Source: a bacterium | GTDB lineage: Bacteria; Electryoneota; AABM5-125-24; Hatepunaeales; Hatepunaeaceae | Direction: 5' to 3' | DNA: 64,000 nt | NCBI GenBank assembly: GCA_021734165.1 | Contig: JAIPJL010000004.1 | Location: 951-64,950 of the forward strand | Shown: positions 8,986-19,422 of the stretch, one piece after another | Position numbering within the stretch: position 1 is the first letter of the stretch | How the letters are laid out: each line of letters opens with the position of its first letter | Program-made: the position numbers and the translations under genes | Notes under the pieces: model-generated | What the model was told of the DNA's origin: nothing | The model's input: only the letters and a program-made list of their open reading frames with translations | Databases searched by the model: none

Positions 8986-10284
8986 ATGGCAACGTTACAA
9001 GAGAGATTTGCTGAACTCGTCCCCCAAATGCGCAATGAAGTTGGAGGAGTGCTTAAGGAAAAGGGCGGTAATAAGATTTCGGATGTTTCCGTAAAACAGG
9101 CATACGGCGGTATGCGTGGAATTAAGGGCATGATCTGCGACACTTCTGTCGTCGAACCGGATAAAGGACTTATCATCCGCGGTTATCCCCTGCTGGAAGT
9201 CAAAGAGTTATGGCCTGAAGAAATATTCTATCTTTTATTAACCGGTGATAAGCCGGATGATGATGCTACTCAGGCTCTGCAATTAGACCTCGCTGCTCGT
9301 TCTTATGTTCCCGACTATGTTTGGGACGTTTTAACCTCAATGCCTGCAGACTCACATCCAATGTGCATGTTGAATACCGCTATTCTGGTTATGCAGCGCG
9401 AATCAGCATTCAAAGCTTGGTATGACAAAGGCATGACTAAGGATCAGTACTGGATTCCAATGATGGAAGACGCGCTTCGTATCCTTGGTGTACTTCCGGG
9501 TATTGCAGCCGGTATCTATCGCATTCGGTACGGAAAAGGCGATCCTATTCCTTACATGACCAACCTCGACTGGGGCGCTAATTATGCCCGTATGTTAGGT
9601 TTGCCCGATCCGACAGGCAACTTCGCGAAGTTGATGAGACTGTATCTCAACTTCCACTGTGACCATGAAGGAGGCAACGTTTCAGCTAATACTTGCCACA
9701 CTGTAGGTTCAGCCCTTTCTGATGCTTTCTATGCAGTTTCAGCCGGTTTGAACGGTCTTGCCGGTCCTCTGCATGGACTCGCTAATCAGGAATGTCTCGA
9801 CTGGATTCTCCAGCTTATGGAGAAATTCGGTGGCGTCCCGACAGCAGAACAGATGGAAGAATTTGCATTTGAAACACTTCGTTCGGGCAAGGTTGTTCCC
9901 GGTTACGGACATGCAGTGCTTCGTGTTACCGATCCCCGCTTCACCGGTTTCAACGAATTCGGACACAAGTATCTGCCTGATGACGCGGTATTCCAGACAG
10001 TTGATCGCGTATTTACAGTTGTTCCGAAGGTTCTCGAAGCCTTCTCAGCGGAACGCGTTGCAGCAGGAAAAAATCCGATTGCTAATTTCTGGCCCAATGT
10101 TGACGCCGGATCAGGCGCTTTATTGTATCATTACGGTCTCGAGGAATTCCCGTATTACACGGTGTTGTTCAGCGTTTCCCGTGCGATGGGTATGCTCTCA
10201 CAGCTCATTGTCAATCGTGCGCTTGGCACAGCTATCACCAGACCGAAGTCCGTTTCAACAAAGTGGATTATGGCTAACGCATAG
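8986..10284 (+). CDS. gltA: Citrate (Si)-synthase, eukaryote-like type
   Basis: GGMRGIKG, DHEGGNVSA, GLAGPLHGLANQE, VPGYGHAVLR, WPNVDA, FSVSRA; AGGAG RBS. Confidence 0.93.
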   Translation: MATLQERFAELVPQMRNEVGGVLKEKGGNKISDVSVKQAYGGMRGIKGMICDTSVVEPDKGLIIRGYPLLEVKELWPEEIFYLLLTGDKPDDDATQALQLDLAARSYVPDYVWDVLTSMPADSHPMCMLNTAILVMQRESAFKAWYDKGMTKDQYWIPMMEDALRILGVLPGIAAGIYRIRYGKGDPIPYMTNLDWGANYARMLGLPDPTGNFAKLMRLYLNFHCDHEGGNVSANTCHTVGSALSDAFYAVSAGLNGLAGPLHGLANQECLDWILQLMEKFGGVPTAEQMEEFAFETLRSGKVVPGYGHAVLRVTDPRFTGFNEFGHKYLPDDAVFQTVDRVFTVVPKVLEAFSAERVAAGKNPIANFWPNVDAGSGALLYHYGLEEFPYYTVLFSVSRAMGMLSQLIVNRALGTAITRPKSVSTKWIMANA

Positions 10285-10318
10285 TTTTAAGTCAACTATC
10301 GTAATTCTTTACGGAAAT

Positions 10319-10353
10319 AAACAGGGACGGCGAAATGTCGTCCCTGTTTTTTT
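10319..10353 (+). terminator. Rho-independent terminator after citrate synthase
   Basis: ACAGGGACGGC-gaaat-GTCGTCCCTGT followed by a T run. Confidence 0.85.
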
Positions 10354-10392
10354 ATTTCAATTACCTATTTCTCGAATTTGCTTTGAGTTCAC

Positions 10393-10422
10393 TTGACAAT
10401 TCACAGATATTACTAATATATT
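10393..10422 (+). promoter_or_regulatory. Putative sigma-70 promoter
   Basis: TTGACA-18 bp-TATATT upstream of the methyltransferase. Confidence 0.55.
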
Positions 10423-10511
10423 ATAAACAGGGATAGTATCGTAACGAGGATTATATCATAGCAACTCTTGAGAGACCAGACAGCGACAAGGGAATCCTGT
10501 ATAAACAGGTT

Positions 10512-11192
10512 ATGTCAAGATATCATTTTGCCTCATCATGGACAAAGGATAAAGTAGTTTTAGATTTCGGTTGTGGCGAAGGTTATGGTTCTAAATTAAT
10601 AGTAAATATAACTAAAACACTTTTTGCCTTAGAGATTGATTCTACAGCAGCGCAGACAACATCATCAAGGATAGGCAAAACTGTAGTAATAGCTGATGCA
10701 AAATCAACACCTTTCAAATCAGAGTTTTTAGATATTATTATTTCTTTTGAAGTCTTCGAACATATTCCAAATGTTGAACAATACATCAAAGAAGCATATC
10801 GAATACTGAGAAAAGGTGGACTATTCATAATGTCCACACCTAATGTTGAAACATATCCCATGGCAGGGATGAATCCATATCATATTAAAGAATATACAGT
10901 TTCTGAAGTTAAGGAATTAACAAAACAGGCAGGTTTTAAAAATCCTGATATTTATGCACAGATTGCAAATAATGAAGGAATTGAACGCCTTGAAAAATCA
11001 AAACTTCTTCTTTCTGTGATGAAATTGAAGCGCAGAATTGGATTTCATGGAGATCTACTTCCAAAATCGTTTCAACGAGTTATTCACAGAAATATTTCTC
11101 AAAGTGATACTGATCATTTCAATGAGGATGATTACTGTTTTATTAAAGATAAAGTGGAAGAACCAGAACTGATTTACATTTTTAAAAAATAA
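10512..11192 (+). CDS. Class I SAM-dependent methyltransferase (true start may be ATA 10458)
   Basis: RYHFA, VLDFGCGEG, SFEVFEHI, GGLFIMSTPN, NPYHIKEY; visibly AT-rich. Confidence 0.9.
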   Translation: MSRYHFASSWTKDKVVLDFGCGEGYGSKLIVNITKTLFALEIDSTAAQTTSSRIGKTVVIADAKSTPFKSEFLDIIISFEVFEHIPNVEQYIKEAYRILRKGGLFIMSTPNVETYPMAGMNPYHIKEYTVSEVKELTKQAGFKNPDIYAQIANNEGIERLEKSKLLLSVMKLKRRIGFHGDLLPKSFQRVIHRNISQSDTDHFNEDDYCFIKDKVEEPELIYIFKK

Positions 11193-11244
11193 ACTGTTCA
11201 AATTAGTACGATATTTTTCACAAATGTTTAAAGTAGGAGTAATC

Positions 11245-13662
11245 ATGAAAAAACTAATGTTTGTTGTGTTGTTGCTTTTTCTGACTTGTTTAATCAGAAA
11301 CCAGTTAACTTATGCCAGAACCATTCGTGTCCCTGGCGACATAAGAGTCCTCCAAACTGCTGTTAATCGAGCATCCGAAGGCGATTCAATCATCGTCGAA
11401 CCCGGTGATTATCCACACATTACAATCCGCGAAAAGGATAACTTAGTTTTAGTAGGCGCTGGATTAGATGCAGAAGAAATGAGCATCATTCGTGGTGTTC
11501 CGGATTCTCACACTGAGGTTGCCCTTAATGCAATCCGCTGTAATAATCTTGAGATAAAGGGATTTGAGTTTACAGAAGGCTATACGGCAATATGGCTTCA
11601 AGCTTGTGATAATGTTTGGATACATGAAAACTACATACATGATTTACCTTCATGGTGGAGTTCCTCCATCAGTATTAGCAGCACGGATAACTTGTTGATT
11701 GAACGTAATATAATGCTCCGGAGTTGGCATTATGGACTATATGTTAACGGAAATTACCTCGGACCAACTTGTGATAATATTGTGATACGAAATAATGTCA
11801 TCGGATGGATGGTAAATAATGATGGTATATATCTTGAGGATGCTGACGGTGTATATATTTATAATAACGTCATCATTGAGAATGGAGATATTGGCATTTA
11901 CAATTACAGACAAGTAAATAACCTACGTGTAGAATATAATTGTCTAATCGATAATGAAAATGGCAATAGTCGCGGTTTGGATTTAAGTCGAACTAATTTG
12001 ATTGATGATCCTGAATTCGTCAATCCAAGAAGGGATGATTATCATTTGGGAAACAACTCCCCATGCATCGACGCAGGCGATCCGGATTCCCCACGTGATC
12101 CGGATGGTAGCCTCGCTGATATGGGTGTTTATCCACTTCCTGAAATAGAAGAAGAAGTACCCGAACCATCATATTTTGAATTCACAGAAACAGATGTGAG
12201 TCATAGGCTTACAATTAGAAGCGCCGAATTTGATAATGAAGAACTTGTTGATGGTGATGAAATCGGAGTATTCACACAAAACGGACTTTGTGCAGGAGCA
12301 GCTATCTGGGAAGGTGACGGAACACAAGCGCTGGCGTGGATGGATAACGCTGATACCGATGAAATTGATGGTTTTGTTGAAGGAGAGAGGATTTATGTCC
12401 ATATTTGGCGTAGCGAGGAAGATGAGGAGTATCGAGCTAAAAGAATATGGATTCAAGGCTCTAAAAACTTCAATCCGAGCACTTCATCTACTATAGAGAT
12501 AGAAGCATTCTCGAGTGTGGAATGCACTATTGAAATGCTGAGAAGATGGAATATAATTTCTGCAAATGTTGAGCCGTTTAACAGGAATATAGTTGAAATT
12601 TTTGAGCCTTTAACTGAGTTAGATAACAATCCGCTTATTTTAGTTAAAGACGGGTATGGAAATTTTTATATCCCCGAATGGGATCATTTCAATAACATGT
12701 CAGACTGGAGTTATCAGAATGCATACCAGACATATCTTACAAGGGAAATTGATTTAACAATTGAAGGTAACTATGTTGAACCAGATCATCCTATTGCGCT
12801 TTATAGAGGATTACAACTAATTTCATATCTTCCTTCATGGGAATTGGAGGTTAACGATGCATTTGAATCTGTTGTTAATACCTTATTCTTAGTTAAAGAT
12901 ATGAGTGGCGATTTCTTTATTCCAAGGTATAACTATAACGATATGGAACCTTTAGCTCCAGGACATGGATATTGGGTTTGGATGACTGCTGATGATATGC
13001 TTATTTATCCTGACGAGCAACAGCGAGAAGAGAACATAATGAATAATGATGGAATACCTCATACTGACGGATTTTCTCAACTCACAGACAATATGAGCGT
13101 TCTTATTACTGGCGATGATCTTCTTACGAGAGATAAAGTGATCGCTTTAAACATTTATAGCAAAATTGTTGGGGAAGGATTTGTCAATGCTGAAGGATAT
13201 TGTGGAATTGCGCTTTGGGGAAAGTCTGAATACGCCTCAAAGGAAATGGGTCTAAGCGAGAATGAAATACCACAATTCAAAGTTATCAGGGGCAAAGAAT
13301 ATATTGACGCATCTTTACGGATTATAGAAGGGAATACCCATTATAAGGATGACTCTTTTGTCTTAGGTGAACTCGTTCTCCCACTTGAAAACCCTGTCAG
13401 GAGTTTTTCATTAATGGAACCATATCCGAATCCTTTCAACAGTCGCTCAACCATATCGTTTAACCTTACAAAATCCGGCATGATTCAACTTAATCTGATT
13501 GACCTCAATGGAAAGCAGGTAAAAAGGATCATTAATAAGGAACTATCTTCAGGCTCTCACGTTTCTTGTATTAAAGCTGAAGGACTTCCTAGCGGTATTT
13601 ACATCTTGCAGCTTTCAGCAATTGAAGGAACTTCCACCAAGAAAATCGTTCTGACAAGGTAA
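11245..13662 (+). CDS. Secreted right-handed beta-helix protein with T9SS CTD
   Basis: AGGAG RBS places start at 11245 (MKKLM); signal peptide; TIRVPGD...GDSIIVEPG; DYHL...SPCIDAGDP; YPNPFN tail. Confidence 0.8.
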   Translation: MKKLMFVVLLLFLTCLIRNQLTYARTIRVPGDIRVLQTAVNRASEGDSIIVEPGDYPHITIREKDNLVLVGAGLDAEEMSIIRGVPDSHTEVALNAIRCNNLEIKGFEFTEGYTAIWLQACDNVWIHENYIHDLPSWWSSSISISSTDNLLIERNIMLRSWHYGLYVNGNYLGPTCDNIVIRNNVIGWMVNNDGIYLEDADGVYIYNNVIIENGDIGIYNYRQVNNLRVEYNCLIDNENGNSRGLDLSRTNLIDDPEFVNPRRDDYHLGNNSPCIDAGDPDSPRDPDGSLADMGVYPLPEIEEEVPEPSYFEFTETDVSHRLTIRSAEFDNEELVDGDEIGVFTQNGLCAGAAIWEGDGTQALAWMDNADTDEIDGFVEGERIYVHIWRSEEDEEYRAKRIWIQGSKNFNPSTSSTIEIEAFSSVECTIEMLRRWNIISANVEPFNRNIVEIFEPLTELDNNPLILVKDGYGNFYIPEWDHFNNMSDWSYQNAYQTYLTREIDLTIEGNYVEPDHPIALYRGLQLISYLPSWELEVNDAFESVVNTLFLVKDMSGDFFIPRYNYNDMEPLAPGHGYWVWMTADDMLIYPDEQQREENIMNNDGIPHTDGFSQLTDNMSVLITGDDLLTRDKVIALNIYSKIVGEGFVNAEGYCGIALWGKSEYASKEMGLSENEIPQFKVIRGKEYIDASLRIIEGNTHYKDDSFVLGELVLPLENPVRSFSLMEPYPNPFNSRSTISFNLTKSGMIQLNLIDLNGKQVKRIINKELSSGSHVSCIKAEGLPSGIYILQLSAIEGTSTKKIVLTR

Positions 13663-13689
13663 TTCGTTTGTACTCGGGAATATAAATAA

Positions 13690-14265
13690 ATGAAAATAGA
13701 TATCGGGAGTTCATTTCACAAAAAGAAAGGTTATATAGGAATAGATATACTGATCTCTGAAGGAGTCGATGTTAAGGCAGATGCGACAAAACTACCATTC
13801 AGAGATTCATCAGTTGATGGGATATACAGCAGCCATTGCATAGAGCATATCAAAGATCAATTAGCTGTAATACACGAAATGTGGCGTGTATGTAAAAACG
13901 GTAGTGAAATTGAGATTCTCGTTCCTCATTTCTCAAATCCTTCATACTATGACGATCTCACACATCAGCACCGTTATAGCACGAGATCCTTCGAACATTA
14001 TGACTTTGATTATCATGAGAAAACAGGACATCCAAATTATCTTCCCGATGTCAACTTAAAAGTAATGTGGAAAAGACTCAATTATTGGCCTGATCACATA
14101 ATAATTCAGAAATCATTATTGAAAAGATTCATAATCCGTTCAATAAGAGCTATCTTTAATTTCCTGGCAAATTCTAATCACTTTTTATGCGAACGTTTAT
14201 GGTGCGGATGGGTAGGAGGTTTTTTTGAGGTTGAGTATAAGATTAAGGTTATTAAAGACAAGTAA
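13690..14265 (+). CDS. Short class I SAM-dependent methyltransferase
   Basis: IDIGSS...GIDI, LPFRDSSVDGIYSSHCIEH, EMWRVCK, DLTH; AT-rich. Confidence 0.85.
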   Translation: MKIDIGSSFHKKKGYIGIDILISEGVDVKADATKLPFRDSSVDGIYSSHCIEHIKDQLAVIHEMWRVCKNGSEIEILVPHFSNPSYYDDLTHQHRYSTRSFEHYDFDYHEKTGHPNYLPDVNLKVMWKRLNYWPDHIIIQKSLLKRFIIRSIRAIFNFLANSNHFLCERLWCGWVGGFFEVEYKIKVIKDK

Positions 14266-14289
14266 CTTAACAAAAACCGATTGTAGATT

Positions 14290-16602
14290 GTGATAAAGCA
14301 TGAAATGAACCTGAGATTTATACATATATTTTGTACACTGTTGTTCCTTACAACAGTTTCACTTTCCGAAACCCGCGTTTCCGGTAATACCTCCGGCGTT
14401 TGGGATGTTGACGGCTCACCCTATATTGTGACTGGAGACATTACAATCTCCAGCGATAATAGACTGACAATTGAGAGTGGCGTGGAAGTTCTGTTCGATG
14501 GAGATTACAGAATTACCGTCCAGGGTGGAATTACCGCCGAAGGCTCCGAAAATTCACCAATCCTATTCAGCAGAAACGGTCGTAATATCACCTGGAACAG
14601 CATCTACATCCGCAACGCAAGACAGGATAATTCCCTTGCATACTGCATCATTGAATACTCCCAAAACGATAACGGCGGAGGATTATACTGTAGATACAGC
14701 GCCATCACCATATCCAATTGCATCTTCAGACATAATTCCTGCTCAGATAATGGCGGCGCTGCATACTTTGAAGACAGCGATCCGATTGTAAATAACTGTC
14801 AATTCTATGAAAACCAGGCTGGATTAAACGGGGGTGGCGTAACCTTTTACAATTCTGACGGTGAGTTTACACGTAATATCGTAACTAACAACCAGGCAGT
14901 GCGTTATTCGGCAGGAGGCGTGTTTATATCTCAATCATCTTCACCGCTTATTTCCGGAAATGAAATCACCATAAACACATCTTCCACCGAGTGGGGGTCC
15001 GGTCTCTATGTAGATTATTACAGCAATCCTGAAGTCATCCACAATCTTATCAGCATGAATTCTCAAGGGGGAGTCTATCTTGGACTTAATTGCAGAGTAA
15101 ATGTATTTCTGAATAATACCGTTGCTGATAATGGCGGTAGATGCGGAGTTCTGCTCTACTCAAATTGTACACTAACTGCCGTCAATTGCATTATTTACGG
15201 CAATTCAACCACTTCAACGTGGATTATCGGCTCAACCATGAACGCCAGATATTGTGACATTGAAAATCTTGGCGACGATGTGCGTGCCGGACAAGGAGTT
15301 ATTGAAGACAATCCACTTTTCCTTGATGCAGACAACGGTGATTTCCATTTAACCGAAGACTCACCATGTATCAACACCGGAGATCCTGAATCTGAGCCTG
15401 ATGCGGATGAGACCAGAGCTGATATGGGATGCTTTGCATATCAACATCAGGTAATTGAACGAAACATCTCACTTCGCAGCGGATGGAACATGATCTCTTT
15501 CAATGTCGAGCCACTAATCGTAGATATTCAGGAGCTGATGGTATCACTGACCGAAGGCGACGATCCCACTCTGATAATCCTGAAAGATGAATATGCAAGG
15601 TTTTATCTGCCAAGTGAAGGATTCAATAACATCCCTCAGTGGGTGTATAGTCAAGGTTACAAGATAAAACTGTCGCGGGATGCGGAACTCAACGTTGAAG
15701 GTCGTTTCATTGAACCTGAGCGCAGCATCGACGTATTTGAAGGCTGGCAGTTCGTTGCCTATTATCCGAATTGGGAGATCGACGCAGTCGAAGGTCTCAC
15801 GTCTATTGCCGGTAACATGTTGCTCGCAAAAGACGAGAGCGGTGACTTCTACGCCCCAAGCCGTCAATTCAGCAATATGCAGCCTCTGCGACCGGGAAAA
15901 GCATATACTATCGGGATGCTTGATGACGATGTGCTAACCTATCCGGTTGAAGGTGTTCGGGATAATAGAAGAATTTCTGCAACATCCAACTATTTATCTC
16001 ATACATATTATCCTGACCAAACCGACAATAACATGAGTTTGCTGATTTCAGGAACCGGGCTTCAAACGGGTGATGAAATTGCGGCATTCAACAGCGAGGA
16101 TATTGTTGTCGGATCAGGAATAGTCGGAGATGATGGACGATGTGGAATAGCACTTTGGGGAGTGTCATCAATATTAGCAAACGAGACAGGACTTCAAGCG
16201 GGTGGAATTCCGCGTTTTTTACTTGTCAGAGATGGTGTGGAAATGGATGTTGAATGTTTAAATAAAGGCGAATCGATAACTTATAGAATCAACGGTTTTG
16301 CTGAAGCTCAGTTAATCCGTTCAGAAAGTCATACCTTGCAGACGTTCGGATTAGATGAACCGCATCCCAATCCATTCAACAATCAGAGCGGGATCTCATT
16401 CTTTGTGGATCGACCATGTGAAGTCAGCCTTAATCTCTACGATCTTAACGGGCGGCAAGTGAAAACCCTGATCAAAGGAAATCTCGCAGCAGGTAAATAT
16501 ATACGGCTGTTAAATGCGGATGGACTTTCCAGCGGTGTATATATTCTGAAGTTAAAGGCAGGTGATGCAAGCTCTGTGAAAAAGATTGTACTGCTATGGT
16601 AG
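14290..16602 (+). CDS. Secreted beta-helix protein with T9SS CTD (C-terminal half paralogous to 11245-13662)
   Basis: Signal peptide; SGVWDVDGSPYIVTGD; repeated N.GGG..; DFHL...SPCINTGDP; GWNMISFNVEP block; HPNPFN tail. Confidence 0.8.
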   Translation: MIKHEMNLRFIHIFCTLLFLTTVSLSETRVSGNTSGVWDVDGSPYIVTGDITISSDNRLTIESGVEVLFDGDYRITVQGGITAEGSENSPILFSRNGRNITWNSIYIRNARQDNSLAYCIIEYSQNDNGGGLYCRYSAITISNCIFRHNSCSDNGGAAYFEDSDPIVNNCQFYENQAGLNGGGVTFYNSDGEFTRNIVTNNQAVRYSAGGVFISQSSSPLISGNEITINTSSTEWGSGLYVDYYSNPEVIHNLISMNSQGGVYLGLNCRVNVFLNNTVADNGGRCGVLLYSNCTLTAVNCIIYGNSTTSTWIIGSTMNARYCDIENLGDDVRAGQGVIEDNPLFLDADNGDFHLTEDSPCINTGDPESEPDADETRADMGCFAYQHQVIERNISLRSGWNMISFNVEPLIVDIQELMVSLTEGDDPTLIILKDEYARFYLPSEGFNNIPQWVYSQGYKIKLSRDAELNVEGRFIEPERSIDVFEGWQFVAYYPNWEIDAVEGLTSIAGNMLLAKDESGDFYAPSRQFSNMQPLRPGKAYTIGMLDDDVLTYPVEGVRDNRRISATSNYLSHTYYPDQTDNNMSLLISGTGLQTGDEIAAFNSEDIVVGSGIVGDDGRCGIALWGVSSILANETGLQAGGIPRFLLVRDGVEMDVECLNKGESITYRINGFAEAQLIRSESHTLQTFGLDEPHPNPFNNQSGISFFVDRPCEVSLNLYDLNGRQVKTLIKGNLAAGKYIRLLNADGLSSGVYILKLKAGDASSVKKIVLLW

Positions 16603-16613
16603 TTTGTAAATCA

Positions 16614-16708
16614 GTAGGACAAACATTCTTGTTTGTCAAATGATGCGCATTCATTTGGTGCGACAAGCAGAGCCTGCCCCTGCGTAGGCAGGGGAATGCT
16701 TGTCATAC
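16614..16708. repeat. REPIN-like inverted REP pair with a nested mini-hairpin
   Basis: GTAGGACAAACA-ttct-TGTTTGTC (16614-16637); inverted copy 16662-16708 interrupted by about 24 bp containing CCTGCCCCTGCGTAGGCAGGGG. Confidence 0.7.
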
Positions 16709-16723
16709 CGAAACTTGCTAACT

Positions 16724-19405
16724 CTATTTCAAAAGCGCTACTTTCTTCACAGCCGCATAGCTTCCACTCTTCAATCTGATTAGATATAGTCCGGTCGCAA
16801 ATCTTTCTGCATCGATTAAGACATTATGCGAACCAGCAATTTGCCATTCATTTAATACAGTTTCGACTTCTCTGCCCGATACATCGAGAATTTGTAAGGA
16901 AACGTCAGAGTTGAAAGGAAGGTTGTAAATGACGGTTATGGCAGAATTGAAAGGATTAGGATAGATACCCGTGATCCCAAATTCATCAGGAATAGTCTTA
17001 ATATCCCTGTCATCAACTGTTTCCGATCTGATATTCAACGTAACAAGTAAAACAGTCTCCCCCTCAAAAGCATTATGGTTAAATGCTATCTCCCCTTCCC
17101 ATACATCCGGTTCGAATCCAGCGCTCCTGAATATAACATTAAAAATATTTGTTGAATCTGCCGGAATAATACCATTAACAGGTTGAAAATTCAACCATCC
17201 TGTCATACTGTCAAGCTGCCAGACATCGATTCTGTCTTCATCACCATTATCAGTTATACACATAAAAACCGAGTTTCTTGGCTCATACTGATCGGTAATG
17301 AAACAACCTCCAGGTGAATCTCTGTCTTCATGTTCTAAAATCCTGACAGATGTTGTGTCTTGGTTTTCCAGGTTGATCTTATGAAGCAGGTTGGAGCTGT
17401 TATCAGGACTGTGATAAATATATAATTTGCTGTCATCGGGTGCATCTTCCCGATAAGCTAAACCATAGAGTCTGAAACCGAAACGTGGGATTGTAATTAC
17501 CACTTCTCCATCCCTCGATATTCCGTAAATCTCAGGTCCTGTTTTACGCGCTGTCCAAAATACTTCGTGATCAGGATCCCAGGTAATAACGGACATGGAA
17601 CCGTCAGGACATTCGATACAAGTAACCGAATCACCTTCAATATTAAAACCGATGATAACATCGTCTGCGCCTCCCCAAATCAATTCACCGTCAAAAGCAA
17701 GGTCTTTCATACCATAGCGCGTTTCACCGGGCTGTCTAAAACGATGAACTTCCTGCCCATTACGATTTAAAACATAAATCATGTTCTCATCATCATCTCC
17801 TTGAAAAATATTTGAGCCTGAAACATAGTAATGATAACCTGTAAACACTACTCCTTCAATACGCTCGTCTTCTACCATGTTACTGATAGTTAAAGTTTGT
17901 CTTAATGTCCAGGGATCAACACCACCGCTCAATCGTTTTTTAGCTGTCCACTCAAGAGGTCCGTTACCATGATTGGTCATTGTGACTTCAGCAGAAGTGG
18001 AATCTCCCTGGTTTACAGTCACACTAATTGACTGCTCTGAAAGCTCAAGTTCAGGATGAGTAAGTCGGAAAACAACCGTTAGTGTATCTCTAAAATTAAC
18101 ATACTGATCATGTAAAATGCTTTCATTATAGCCTTCACAGAAAGCTGTAAGAAAAAAACTACCTACGATGTTTGACCGAAAACGAAAAAATCCGTCTGCA
18201 TCTGTTATTGCCTGTTGATCAATGTTATCATAGATAACAGCTTCTTCGAGAGGTTCATCATCCTCTATATCAAGCACAAAACCTTCGACATACCCTCCCT
18301 GAAAGAATAGTAAAGCTCCCATATCGCAGCGAGTCTGGTCCGGATCATCAGGTGAATCCGGATCACCGGCATCAATACAGGGAGAGTCTTCAGTTAAATG
18401 GAAATCACTACTATCGGGATTTACAAATAGCGGATCCTCGTTGATATTACCATCACCCCATTCAATCGCATCTATATCATCAATTTCAATTCCGTCTAAT
18501 CCTTCCGATATATCTGAATATTGAATTGTAAGAAGGGGAGCATGCTCATACCAGTCCGCGTTTACTACCATTTCTTCGTGAGAATTACCCCATACAATAG
18601 TATTAACTAAATCCAAAATAGTTGTTTCACCATCGGTACCAAAAATAAAGAAACCATCCCCATTATCAGCACGATTCTCTGTAACTGTGCAATTTGTCAT
18701 CGAATTACAAACACTTTGGTAAAAGTATAAACCGCCCCCCAGCCTGCCTGAGGTGTTACTGGAGACAATGCAATGTGACATTGTAAGGCTCGCCTCTCGA
18801 CACCAGATACCCCCACCACCATCTGAATCCGTACTATTGTTATGGATGATGACTTCGTTTAATACAGGATGAGAGTCGTCGTATATTCCGATTCCACCAC
18901 CTACAATTCTCGCATAGTTATTCCTCACGATTACTCTGGAAATGTGTGGTGACGATGAATGAGTGATGTAAATCCCTCCGCCATAAGCTTGAGCATTATT
19001 GTCTTCTACGATCAGGTCAATTAAAATAGGACTTGTTTCGGTTTGACAATCAATACCGCCACCATAATACTGATAACCATTTGTGATCGTGAAACCTCGC
19101 AATACAGAAGTACTATCCTCCTCATTTTCAAAGTTGACAACACAACTCCGTTCATCCCCATCTATGATTGTCGAATCAATATAGGCTTCATCACCTGTCG
19201 TAAGAATCATACTACCCACAGTGATCGCTTTACCCTGGAAATTGATATTTTCGACGTACTCCCCCGGTTGGACCAGAACCGTATCCCCATTCTCTGATTC
19301 ATCAATAGCGCCCTGGATTGTCTCAAAATCATCCGGCACATTAATTATTTCTGCTTGCGCAATTCCAGACAGGATTAACAGGATAAACAGGATTTTCTTA
19401 ATCAT
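16724..19405 (-). CDS. Secreted beta-helix/carboxypeptidase-regulatory/propeller-like protein with T9SS CTD
   Basis: GGAG RBS places start at 19405 (MIKKIL); IINVPDDFETIQGAI; GGGI repeats; SPCIDAGDP; YPNPFN tail. Confidence 0.8.
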   Translation of the reverse strand: MIKKILFILLILSGIAQAEIINVPDDFETIQGAIDESENGDTVLVQPGEYVENINFQGKAITVGSMILTTGDEAYIDSTIIDGDERSCVVNFENEEDSTSVLRGFTITNGYQYYGGGIDCQTETSPILIDLIVEDNNAQAYGGGIYITHSSSPHISRVIVRNNYARIVGGGIGIYDDSHPVLNEVIIHNNSTDSDGGGGIWCREASLTMSHCIVSSNTSGRLGGGLYFYQSVCNSMTNCTVTENRADNGDGFFIFGTDGETTILDLVNTIVWGNSHEEMVVNADWYEHAPLLTIQYSDISEGLDGIEIDDIDAIEWGDGNINEDPLFVNPDSSDFHLTEDSPCIDAGDPDSPDDPDQTRCDMGALLFFQGGYVEGFVLDIEDDEPLEEAVIYDNIDQQAITDADGFFRFRSNIVGSFFLTAFCEGYNESILHDQYVNFRDTLTVVFRLTHPELELSEQSISVTVNQGDSTSAEVTMTNHGNGPLEWTAKKRLSGGVDPWTLRQTLTISNMVEDERIEGVVFTGYHYYVSGSNIFQGDDDENMIYVLNRNGQEVHRFRQPGETRYGMKDLAFDGELIWGGADDVIIGFNIEGDSVTCIECPDGSMSVITWDPDHEVFWTARKTGPEIYGISRDGEVVITIPRFGFRLYGLAYREDAPDDSKLYIYHSPDNSSNLLHKINLENQDTTSVRILEHEDRDSPGGCFITDQYEPRNSVFMCITDNGDEDRIDVWQLDSMTGWLNFQPVNGIIPADSTNIFNVIFRSAGFEPDVWEGEIAFNHNAFEGETVLLVTLNIRSETVDDRDIKTIPDEFGITGIYPNPFNSAITVIYNLPFNSDVSLQILDVSGREVETVLNEWQIAGSHNVLIDAERFATGLYLIRLKSGSYAAVKKVALLK

Positions 19406-19422
19406 GATATTCTCCAATAACT

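Noticed and set aside
9661-9700. SAN instead of SAH in citrate synthase as a catalytic change
   Set aside because: The conserved His residues (DHE, PLHG, GYGH) and Asp (NVD) are intact; this position varies across the family.
7992-14265. Methyltransferases as integron cassettes
   Set aside because: No recognisable attC sites and no integron integrase.
17109-17119. GGTTCGAATCC, a tRNA T-loop motif
   Set aside because: No acceptor, D or anticodon arms nearby; it is the reverse complement of codons for GFEP in a long CDS.
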